From contig JAYENL010000229.1 of assembly GCA_034722055.1 (NCBI GenBank), positions 1 to 22,835 on the forward strand: a stretch of DNA of 22,835 nucleotides, written 5' to 3'. Below the pieces are notes generated by a model. That model saw nothing but the letters and a program-made list of their open reading frames with translations. It made no database searches and was not told the origin of the DNA. Numbering within the stretch: the first letter of the stretch is position 1; each line of letters begins with the position of its first letter. This DNA is from Armatimonadota bacterium (GTDB lineage Bacteria; Armatimonadota; Zipacnadia; Zipacnadales; UBA5352). Positions 1 to 7,374 of the stretch are shown one piece after another. A program made the translations under genes and the position numbers.

Positions 1-17
1 TACGCCCCCGCCCGGTT

Positions 18-47
18 GTTGTCGGGCTGGAAGCCCGACCTACGCGA
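18..47 (-). repeat. GTAG-type REP-like palindrome (GTAGGTCGGGCTTCCAGCCCGAC on minus strand)
   Basis: Hairpin GTCGGGCT-GGA-AGCCCGAC followed by CTAC; 30 bp identical to 5663..5692. Confidence 0.8.
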
Positions 48-130
48 CAGGTGGCAGGCGCAGCGACGCCGCCGGCCGTCTCTGCCGTTGTCTGATGTTC
101 TCTGCCTGTATCTGCCCTTCGCGGCCGTAA

Positions 131-234
131 GCTCGTAGCCTGTCGCTCGTAGCTTGTAGCTGCCGTTACCAGCAGTACGCCGTCGTTGCCGTAGGTCGTT
201 TGCTTGCAGCTTGCGGCTTGCGGCTTGTAGCTGC
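131..234. repeat. Two degenerate heptamer tandem arrays (GCTTGNN), the first followed by GCTGCCGTT
   Basis: 131-158 GCTCGTA GCCTGTC GCTCGTA GCTTGTA; 202-229 GCTTGCA GCTTGCG GCTTGCG GCTTGTA. Same unit as arrays at 5567, 5781 and 5938. Confidence 0.8.
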
Positions 235-249
235 ATCGCTGAGCGCCGC

Positions 250-1398
250 TCAGCGATGCCTATGCAACGTCTCGACCATGGCGTCGAAGTTCTCGAAGGG
301 CGTGGGCGCCACCACGGTGTTCGAGACGCCGACCATGATTCGGCCCCGGCGCCTCGCCACCTCCAGTGCCGACAGGCACTCCTCGCGGACCTCGTCGGGC
401 GTGCCCAGGTGCAGGGTCTCGCAGGCGATGCCGCCCATCAGCCGCAGGTGCGGGAAGCGATCGCGCAGCCTCTCCAGGTCCATCCCCGCCCGGCGGTCGA
501 TCTCGTGGTAGCCGTCCACGCCGCAGTTGCCGAACAGCTCGTCGGCGACCGGCCACAGATCGCCGTCGCTGGCGAACATGTGCAGCACCCCGGCCCGGTG
601 GCAGCCGCGGGAGACCTCGCGCACCGCCGGCGTCATGCACTCCCGGAAGCTCTGCGGGCTGTAGAGGGGGCCGTTCTTGCCGGCGAAGTCGCCGCCGCCG
701 AAGATGACCCACAGGCCCATCTCGCCCATCACGGCGGCGTTCCTGGTGGCCCGCTTCGCCTGCGCCATGGTATAGCGCCGCACCACCTCCGGCCGCAGCA
801 GCATGGCCTCCAGCCAGGCGCGCTCGCGGGGGACGGCCACCATGATGCCCGCGCCGAAGATCTCCCGCTCGTCGCCGAAGTACTCCAGGGCGTACTGCTG
901 GGCCGGGAAGTCGTCAGCGGTGGGCTGATACTCCTCCGCACTGCGCTCGGCGGACTCTACGGCCCGCTCCAGGTCCTCCATGGTCGGCTCCGGCACGGGC
1001 GAGCCGTCCACGCGCTGGAACAGCTCGGTGTCGGGATCGTAGCGCATCACCCACCAACGCTCGTCCTCATCCCCGTAGAGGAAGGTGCGCTCGTCGATGA
1101 TGCGGGTGGGTCTGACCGGGTAGCGGCCGTGTCCCACAAAGACGAGGTCGAAGTCCAGGACCTCGTTGACCTCCATGACATCGTGGTGCGTGCGCTCGAT
1201 GAACTCGGCGTGGGCGTCCTCACCGCGCCACAGCGCCAGGGACTCCCGCCAGCGCTGGATGCCGAAGCCCACGTAGGCCTCGCGGCCGAGCACGTGGGAG
1301 GCGATGCGCCCGTGCATCCCGGCGCAGTAGATGGGGACTCGATCCGTCTCTTCGCCGCTGAACGCGGCGCGCACGCGCTCTCTGGGGGTCATAGGCAT
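250..1398 (-). CDS. Uroporphyrinogen decarboxylase (URO-D/MtaA-CmuA superfamily) family protein
   Basis: N-terminal MTPRERVRAAFSGEETDRVP, GDFAGKNGPLYSPQSFRE, ASDGDLWP, DLERLRDRF..LMGGI, GTPDEVREE are typical of UroD-like TIM barrels. Start trimmed to ATG 1398 (1392 also possible). Confidence 0.85.
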   Translation of the reverse strand: MPMTPRERVRAAFSGEETDRVPIYCAGMHGRIASHVLGREAYVGFGIQRWRESLALWRGEDAHAEFIERTHHDVMEVNEVLDFDLVFVGHGRYPVRPTRIIDERTFLYGDEDERWWVMRYDPDTELFQRVDGSPVPEPTMEDLERAVESAERSAEEYQPTADDFPAQQYALEYFGDEREIFGAGIMVAVPRERAWLEAMLLRPEVVRRYTMAQAKRATRNAAVMGEMGLWVIFGGGDFAGKNGPLYSPQSFRECMTPAVREVSRGCHRAGVLHMFASDGDLWPVADELFGNCGVDGYHEIDRRAGMDLERLRDRFPHLRLMGGIACETLHLGTPDEVREECLSALEVARRRGRIMVGVSNTVVAPTPFENFDAMVETLHRHR

Positions 1399-1467
1399 GG
1401 GGACGGCCGGCAGGGGCCCCTGACCCACCGCTGGCGAAAGCTCCGGGCGTCGGCTGGCAAATGCCCT

Positions 1468-1755
1468 TCACACAGCCGCTCTCTCGCGCAGCTCATCCGC
1501 ATGCGCGGTGATCAGAGGGATGTGCAGGCCGGAGACCAGCTTCTCAAGGCGCTCGATGAGTGCATCCACTCCGCCCATCTCCTGGAAGCCAAGCACGGTG
1601 AGGCCGACGATCTCGTCATTCTCGAGCGAATACTGAAGCACGATGTCATCGTCGAGGTGATCGCCGTACGCAGGCTGTGGCTCGCCGAAGCTGAGATAGA
1701 GGATGTCGGCGCCCTCGTCGTAGTCCCAATTCAAAGCCTCATCGGACCGATCCAC
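1468..1755 (-). CDS. DUF2283 domain protein (putative antitoxin)
   Basis: YDEGADILYLSF...DDIVLQYS..EIVGLTVL matches the DUF2283 pattern; GTG at 1755 preceded by GGAGG; overlaps the upstream ORF by 25 bp. Confidence 0.8.
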   Translation of the reverse strand: MDRSDEALNWDYDEGADILYLSFGEPQPAYGDHLDDDIVLQYSLENDEIVGLTVLGFQEMGGVDALIERLEKLVSGLHIPLITAHADELRERAAV

Positions 1756-2039
1756 ACGATTTCGCCTCCGCGGATACGACGCGCGGGCCAGGCGCTGAGC
1801 AATCTGCCCTCCGCCCCCCTTCCTGGGATCAGAACGACAGCCTGCAGCCACCGGCTCGGGAACTCAGCGACCTCCGACCAATCCCTGAAGAAGTATACCC
1901 GCTGCGGGTGCCGGATGTCACGGGTGATAATCTGCGGTTGCTCGACTGTCGCCACCACGAGCTCCAGGAAAGGAGCGACCGCTGGGTGGCGCTGGACGAC
2001 GTGCCCCTGCCATGTCTCCTCCGTGACGAGCACGGGCAC
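1731..2039 (-). CDS. Putative RelE/BECR-fold ribonuclease toxin (DUF4258/PBECR2-like partner of DUF2283); true start may lie upstream
   Basis: VTEETWQGHVVQRHP...TVEQPQII...VYFFR...WLQAVV...LLSAW..RRIRGGEIVW resembles small proteins found upstream of DUF2283 genes; overlapping two-gene arrangement. Confidence 0.6.
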   Translation of the reverse strand: MPVLVTEETWQGHVVQRHPAVAPFLELVVATVEQPQIITRDIRHPQRVYFFRDWSEVAEFPSRWLQAVVLIPGRGAEGRLLSAWPARRIRGGEIVWIGPMRL

Positions 2040-2102
2040 CTGGAGGTGCCCGGCGACAATGCGGATGGGCCAGTCGGTCGTGTCTCGAATTCGCGGTGCC
2101 CC

Positions 2103-2567
2103 CTATGGTGCTTGCCGGTTCAGAACGCCCGAGACCAGGATCACGCCGGCCACGATCAGCACCGCACCCGCTATCTTGTGGGGCGTGAGCGGCTCGCGAT
2201 AGACGATGATGGTCGCGACCGCCGCCACCAGCGGGTAGGTGGAGGTGATGGGCACCACTCGCGAGGCGTCGGCGCCCGCCATGGCATAGTAGTAGGCCAC
2301 CTGGCCGATGAGGCTGCCGAGCAGGGCGCTCATGATCACCGCGCCCACGAGCATCCACCAGGGGACGGTGTTGTCCCAGACCTGCCGCAGCTCGCCCACC
2401 GCCCCTGTGCCGATCGCGTAGGCGGTGATGATGATCAGTCCCACAAAGGTGCGCATGAGCACGATGGCCCACGGGGACAGCTCCTGGGAGAGGAACTTGT
2501 CGAAGACGGGGCTCAGCCCCCAGGCCAGCACGCAGATCAGCGCGTATGTGAACGCGAGCTTGGACAT
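2103..2567 (-). CDS. EamA/DMT family transporter (single EamA repeat)
   Basis: About five hydrophobic segments, LAWGLSPVFDK, ASRVVPITSTYPL, YREPLT..KIAGAVLIVAGV; AAGGAG RBS. Confidence 0.9.
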   Translation of the reverse strand: MSKLAFTYALICVLAWGLSPVFDKFLSQELSPWAIVLMRTFVGLIIITAYAIGTGAVGELRQVWDNTVPWWMLVGAVIMSALLGSLIGQVAYYYAMAGADASRVVPITSTYPLVAAVATIIVYREPLTPHKIAGAVLIVAGVILVSGVLNRQAP

Positions 2568-2633
2568 GGCATGAGCTCCTTGTGTGCTGCTCTCGCAGGC
2601 AGTTCGGGAGGACGTGTAGCCTCCGCCGGCGTC

Positions 2634-3191
2634 TCAGTGCGCCTCCAGGAAGCGTCCCGCCGTCCAGTACTCCTGGAATACCGTCAGGATGGGGTCCAAC
2701 CGCTCGGCTGCAACTGTCCCGTTTTCGTCCAGGAGCTCCCGGTCTGCTCTGACCGCGACTATGCGTCCCGCAAACCACTGATGACTCCCCAAGTCGAGTG
2801 AGTCCTCGACGACGCATTCGATGTTGAGAGGGCACTCCCGGATCGACGGGACCGCCACCTGCAGGCTCGGCTCCGCATGAAGGCCGCTGAGGGCGAACTT
2901 GTCGGTATCGCGCCCGGAGCGGCTGCCGCAGATCCGCACCGCCTCCAGCAGCGCGACATCGGGGACGTTGACCACGAACTCGCCGCACTGCACCAGCAGC
3001 CCGTGGGAGTGGCGGCTGTGCCCTATGGCCACGCCCAGCATCGGGGGATCGATGCAGGCGATGCTCACGGCCGACGCCGTCATGACGTTGGCCGCCTCAC
3101 CAGTGCCACAGGTGATCAGGAACGTGCCGCTGGGCGCGAAGTACCGCGTGGCGGCGGGAACACTTACCTTCTCTGAGCTATCGCTGGCCAT
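2634..3191 (-). CDS. Flavin reductase family protein (DIM6/NTAB, flavoredoxin-like)
   Basis: ANVMTAS, DPPMLGVAI, GEFVVNVP, CGSRSGRDTDKF, PSIRECPLNIEC, LGSHQWFAGRI; ATG 3191 overlaps the upstream stop. Confidence 0.9.
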   Translation of the reverse strand: MASDSSEKVSVPAATRYFAPSGTFLITCGTGEAANVMTASAVSIACIDPPMLGVAIGHSRHSHGLLVQCGEFVVNVPDVALLEAVRICGSRSGRDTDKFALSGLHAEPSLQVAVPSIRECPLNIECVVEDSLDLGSHQWFAGRIVAVRADRELLDENGTVAAERLDPILTVFQEYWTAGRFLEAH

Positions 3192-3972
3192 GGTCCCTTC
3201 CCAGGCTGGGCCGGTAGCCCAGCATCTCCTGAGCCTTGGAGACATCGAGCCAGACGCCGGGCGTTTCCGGCGGCCAGGAGATGGCGTTGAAGACCTCGCA
3301 CTCCACGGCCTCGGTGTCCAGGGCCAGGCGGACGAGCTGCACCGCGTCGCAGTCGAGCAGCGCCCTTCTCCTGGGACACTCGCCCAGGTCGTCGAACCCC
3401 TCGCGGGTCGTGAAGTTACCAATGCGCAGGCCGATGGTCCGGATGCCGTGGACATCGTGCAGGAAGCGGGCGTGGTACTCCGTCCAGATCTTGGCGACGC
3501 CGTAGAGGTTCGGGGCGCGCAGATCGGTGCTCTCATCGATTGTCGGTGGGCTGCTCCGCTCCCAATAGGCCGGATGGCCGGCCTCGGGCCGCGCCAACTC
3601 ATGGAACTCAGTCACGGCGCTGGAGCTGGCGTAGACGTAGCGGGAGAGGCCCTGCTCGATGGCGACCTCCATGAGCACCGTCGTGGCCCGGATCATGTTC
3701 CGCAGGATGTCGTCGCTGTCGCGCCAGGAGGCCGCGAGGTGCACGATGGCATCGATGGGCAGAAGGGAGGCGAACAGGCGGCCAACCTCCTCGCGGCTGG
3801 CCAGGTTCGCCTGGTGATAGCGCTCGCCGCAGATGTCGCCGAGCCGCGCCTGTGCCTCCTCGCCCGGGATGATGTCCGTCAGGTAGAGGCCGGGCTCGTC
3901 GCTGAGGCCTTGGACGACGGCGCGGCCGATCCGGCCCGCCGCGCCGGTCAGCAGAATCGTGCGCTCCGCCAT
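3178..3972 (-). CDS. NAD(P)-dependent epimerase/dehydratase (extended SDR; uronate dehydrogenase-like)
   Basis: TGAAGRIG Rossmann motif, IVHLAA, YVYASS, catalytic YGVAK (YxxxK), LRIG. Confidence 0.88.
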   Translation of the reverse strand: MAERTILLTGAAGRIGRAVVQGLSDEPGLYLTDIIPGEEAQARLGDICGERYHQANLASREEVGRLFASLLPIDAIVHLAASWRDSDDILRNMIRATTVLMEVAIEQGLSRYVYASSSAVTEFHELARPEAGHPAYWERSSPPTIDESTDLRAPNLYGVAKIWTEYHARFLHDVHGIRTIGLRIGNFTTREGFDDLGECPRRRALLDCDAVQLVRLALDTEAVECEVFNAISWPPETPGVWLDVSKAQEMLGYRPSLGRDHGQR

Positions 3973-3997
3973 GGCTGCGAACACCCCTCGGTGGGGC

Positions 3998-5497
3998 TCA
4001 GAGTCGGTGCGCAATCTCACGCACGGCCGGCCACGTGTCGGCGTAGACCTCTCGCAGAGGCGCGTACTGCTCCTGAGCGTCGGGGCGCGGCTCGAAGACC
4101 TGGCCCTCGGCCACCAGCGCCTGGGTCGCCTCGGTGACGTCCGCCCACACGCCCAGCGCGACGCCGCCGAGGATCGCGCCGGCCTGGCAGCCGGACTCGC
4201 TAACATTCAGCCGCACCACCGGCCTGCCGGTGATGTCGGCCTTGAGCTGCAGCCAGACGTCGCTGCGGGAGCCGCCGCCGGTGGCTCGCAGGCGATCGAT
4301 GGCGACACCGGCCTCGTCCAGCGCCTGCACGTTGAGGTCCAGCTCGTAGCAGGTTCCCTCGATGAGGGCCTTGACCAGCCGCTTCCGGTCGGTGTCCAGC
4401 GTCAGGCCGATGATGGCGCCCTTGGCCTGCGGGTCCAGGTAGGGCGTTCCCGAGCCCGCGAAGTAGGGGACCCACAGCAGGCCGCTGGGGGCCTGTGGCA
4501 GGTCGTCGAGGATGATGTCATAGACGTCCACGCCGCGCTCCTGGGCCTCACGCCGCGCAGCGTCGCCGAACAGGTCCCGCCACCAGCGGAGGATCGAGCC
4601 GGCGGAGTAGTTGTAGGCGATGGTGGCGTACATGCCTGGCACCACGTGCGGGTAGCAGCCGTAGTTGTGGGTGCGCATCTCCTCGGTCAGCACGGGCTCA
4701 TCGAAGGCCACCGTGATGCACTCCACCGTGCCCATGCCGTCCACGCACATGCCCTCGCGGACGACGCCCGCGCCGAGGGCGTTCATCGGCTGATCGTGGC
4801 CGCCGGCCACCACCAGGCAGCCCGGCTCCAGCCCCACCTCGGCCGCGGCGTCGGCCGACAGCTCGCCGACCACCTCGCCCGGGGCGATGGGCTGGGCCAG
4901 CATCTCCTCAGGGATGCGCGCCATCTCCAGCATCACGGCGGACCACTCGTGCCTGCGCACGTCGAAGGCCATGGTGCGCCCGGCCAGCGAGTGGTCGATG
5001 CGCGGCGTCAGCCCGAGCTTGAGGTGGATGGTCTCCGGCCAGAGCAGGTACTTCCAGGTCCGCTGGTGCACGTGGGGCATCTCGTCGCGCATCCACATGA
5101 GCTTGTTGAGCGTGAAGCTGGGATGCAGGGGCATCCCGGTGATCTCGAAGACCTCCTGGGCGCCGAGTGTCCCGTGCCAGCTCTGCGCCTGGGTGGTGGC
5201 GCGGGTGTCGGGCGAGACGATGGTGTTGTGGAGGAACTGTCCATCCTCGGAGATCGGGGTGAAGGCCTCGCCCAGCGCCGAGATGGTCAGCGACCGCACG
5301 CCGCCGGCCTCGCTTCCTGCCTCGGCGATTACGGTGCGCGTGGCCTCCCAGACGTCATCGGGGCGCAGCTCGATCCAGCCCGGCTTGGGGTAGACCTCCG
5401 GGTACTCCCGGTAGGCGCTGCCCACGATCTCGCCCTCGGGCGTGAAGACGACCGCCTTCACGCCCGTGCTGCCGACGTCCAGTCCCATCAGGTGCAT
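3998..5497 (-). CDS. FGGY-family carbohydrate kinase (xylulokinase-like)
   Basis: MGLDVGSTGVK, GGHDQ, GTVE, PYFAGSGTP, TGGGSRSDVWLQLKADITG; GGGAGG RBS before ATG 5497. Confidence 0.92.
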   Translation of the reverse strand: MHLMGLDVGSTGVKAVVFTPEGEIVGSAYREYPEVYPKPGWIELRPDDVWEATRTVIAEAGSEAGGVRSLTISALGEAFTPISEDGQFLHNTIVSPDTRATTQAQSWHGTLGAQEVFEITGMPLHPSFTLNKLMWMRDEMPHVHQRTWKYLLWPETIHLKLGLTPRIDHSLAGRTMAFDVRRHEWSAVMLEMARIPEEMLAQPIAPGEVVGELSADAAAEVGLEPGCLVVAGGHDQPMNALGAGVVREGMCVDGMGTVECITVAFDEPVLTEEMRTHNYGCYPHVVPGMYATIAYNYSAGSILRWWRDLFGDAARREAQERGVDVYDIILDDLPQAPSGLLWVPYFAGSGTPYLDPQAKGAIIGLTLDTDRKRLVKALIEGTCYELDLNVQALDEAGVAIDRLRATGGGSRSDVWLQLKADITGRPVVRLNVSESGCQAGAILGGVALGVWADVTEATQALVAEGQVFEPRPDAQEQYAPLREVYADTWPAVREIAHRL

Positions 5498-5564
5498 GAT
5501 CGGGCCCTCCCGCGATCTGGCGGTGACGCGACCGGATGTGCGCTTTCGTCCCGTGGCCCGGACG

Positions 5565-5871
5565 CTCAAGCTGCAAGCTACAAGCCCCAAGCCCCAAGCT
5601 CACGGCAACGGCAGCCGGTGTTGCTCCGTGGCCCGGACACTCCTGTCCGGGCGTCGTGTACCGTTGTCGGGCTGGAAGCCCGACCTACGCGAAGGATGGA
5701 GTCAACGCCAGAGCCGGGCGGGCAGGGAAGCCCGCCCCTCCTGATGGCCGGCAAACGTTGCCGTCCGTGGGACGGACACTCAAGCTGCAAGCTACAAGCC
5801 CCAAGCCACAAGCTCACGGCAACGGCAGCCGGTGTTGCTCCGTGGCCCGGACACTCCTGTCCGGGCGTCGT
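5565..5871 (+). repeat. 93-bp direct repeat, two copies (5565..5657 and 5779..5871)
   Basis: Copies differ at one position (CCCCAAGCT vs CCACAAGCT). Each copy is (CAAGCNN)x5 + ACGGCAACGGCAGCC + the REP-like hairpin CCCGGACA-CTCC-TGTCCGGG. Confidence 0.95.
5663..5741 (-). repeat. Two REP-like palindromes between the direct repeats (GTAG-type 5666..5688; GGAG variant 5716..5741)
   Basis: GTCGGGCTGGAAGCCCGACCTAC is identical to 21..43; GGGCGGGCAGGGAAGCCCGCCCCTCC has the same architecture. Confidence 0.7.
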
Positions 5872-5887
5872 TGCGCTGCGAACGGCA

Positions 5888-5967
5888 CACGGGCAGGAGC
5901 GCCCGTGGCACGGACAGGTGCGGCGATGGGCGCCGTTGCTTGGTGCTTGCAGCTTGCGGCTGCCGTT
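5888..5967 (-). repeat. Inverted REP-like hairpin plus inverted heptamer array directly downstream of the purB stop
   Basis: CACGGGCAGGAGCGCCCGTGGCACGG is an inverted variant of the CCGTGG..CTCCTG.. hairpin; 5938-5958 GCTTGGT GCTTGCA GCTTGCG, then GCTGCCGTT. Confidence 0.75.
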
Positions 5968-7354
5968 ACAGCCCCAGCCGGTCCTCCCACATGTCGCAGA
6001 TCGTCCGTGTCTTCCGGGCGGCGATGCCCGTGTACTGCGACGGGTCGAGGATGATCTGGCGCTGGCGGTCGGTGAGCTGCTCCCAGTACTCCGCCAGCTC
6101 CTCGCTCTCCTGCAGCAGCTCGCCGAAGGGCCGGCCCGTCTCCTGCGCCTGGAGCGTGAGCCGGCGGACCACCTCGTGCGCGTCCGGGTGCCCGTGGGCG
6201 GCGAGCAGGATGTAGGCCGGCTCCGCGCCGATCATGCCCTCGGTCATCGCCAGGTTCTCACGCATTCTCTCCCGGTCGGTGACCAGGCGCCCCATGAACT
6301 TCGTCAGGCGCGTGGCGCCGTCGAGCAGGCCGACGATGATCTCGGGCAGGAAGCGCTGCGAGGCGGAGTTGGACAGGTCCCGCTGGTGCTCGGAGATCTG
6401 ATCGGCGTAGACGGTGATCATGCGCGGCATGAACTGCTTCCACATGGACTTGACGTGCTCGAAGTTCCACGGATTGCGCTTGTGCGGCATAGTCGAGGAG
6501 CCCACCTGCTGGGCCTCGAACTGCTCGGCCACCTCGTCGATCTCGGTCCGCTGCAAGTTGCGCATGTCGTCGGCGAGGTTCGCCAGCACCCCGAAGCACG
6601 AGACCAGGGCGTGCATGAAGTCCGTTACGAACTCCGCCTCCACGATCTGCGTCGAGATCGGCGACGGCTCCAGGCCCAGCTCCGCCAGCACCTGGCGCTC
6701 GAACTGCTCCGGGTCGTCGATCATCAGCGCCGAGGCGTTGTAGGCCCCCACGGCTCCGGAGATCTTGCCGCGGAGGTCGTCGGCGGCGTCGCGGATGGCC
6801 TCGATGCGGCCGCCCAGCCGGCTGACGTACTCCGCGATGGCGAAGCCGAAGGTGATCGGCTCCCCATGCTGGCCGTGGGTGCGGCCGATCTGCAGCGTCT
6901 CTGCCTCTCGCCGTGCCAGCTCGATGAGGACGCGCTCCAGCTCCTCGAGCGCCGGGATGACGCCCTCGTGGGCGGCGTTCTTGAAGCGCCAGGCGGTCGC
7001 GGTGTCGATGACGTCGAAGCTGGTGAGCGTGAAGTGGATGTAGGGCTTGGCCTGGTCGCTGACGTGCCGCTTCATGCAGTTGACCAGCGCCCGGATGTTG
7101 TGGTGGATGCGGGCCTCCTCCTCGGCCACCTCCTCAGGGGTGACGGCCTCGGCGGCCTGAGCCACCTCGTCGGCGATCTCCTCCGAGCAGATGCCCATGC
7201 GCGCCAGCACCCGCACCACCGCCGCCTCCACCATGGCCTCCGAGCGCACCCGCGCCCGCTCGGTGACGTAGTCGTCCACCAGCGCGCGGAGCCTGTCATT
7301 GGGGACGTAGTAGCGGAAGTCCAGCGGCGAAACGCAGTCGAAGCGATCCATCAT
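5966..7354 (-). CDS. purB: Adenylosuccinate lyase
   Basis: Fumarate-lyase signature GSSTMPHKRNP, GRTHGQH, KISGAVG, STQI, EHQRDLSNS; GGGAGG RBS (start ATG 7354 or 7351). Confidence 0.95.
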   Translation of the reverse strand: MMDRFDCVSPLDFRYYVPNDRLRALVDDYVTERARVRSEAMVEAAVVRVLARMGICSEEIADEVAQAAEAVTPEEVAEEEARIHHNIRALVNCMKRHVSDQAKPYIHFTLTSFDVIDTATAWRFKNAAHEGVIPALEELERVLIELARREAETLQIGRTHGQHGEPITFGFAIAEYVSRLGGRIEAIRDAADDLRGKISGAVGAYNASALMIDDPEQFERQVLAELGLEPSPISTQIVEAEFVTDFMHALVSCFGVLANLADDMRNLQRTEIDEVAEQFEAQQVGSSTMPHKRNPWNFEHVKSMWKQFMPRMITVYADQISEHQRDLSNSASQRFLPEIIVGLLDGATRLTKFMGRLVTDRERMRENLAMTEGMIGAEPAYILLAAHGHPDAHEVVRRLTLQAQETGRPFGELLQESEELAEYWEQLTDRQRQIILDPSQYTGIAARKTRTICDMWEDRLGL

Positions 7355-7374
7355 CGGCCTCCCATCCGCCGCAC

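Noticed and set aside
250..1398. Gene symbols hemE (and xylB for 3998..5497, tolB for 17740..18699)
   Set aside because: Only family-level similarity; the context (no hem, xylA or tol-pal genes) does not support orthology.
211..2202. 663-aa plus-strand ORF (likewise 14843..16846, 2899..4137, 9046..10098, 18818..19978 and similar)
   Set aside because: Shadow ORFs opposite well-supported genes, caused by scarcity of stop codons.
5565..5871. Possible CRISPR array
   Set aside because: Only two 93-bp units with a 121-bp gap that is itself made of palindromes; wrong geometry and no cas genes.
5536..6054. 172-aa ORF with an internal peptide repeat (SCKLQAPS...)
   Set aside because: Translation of the DNA repeats; no RBS, and it overlaps the purB 3' end antisense.
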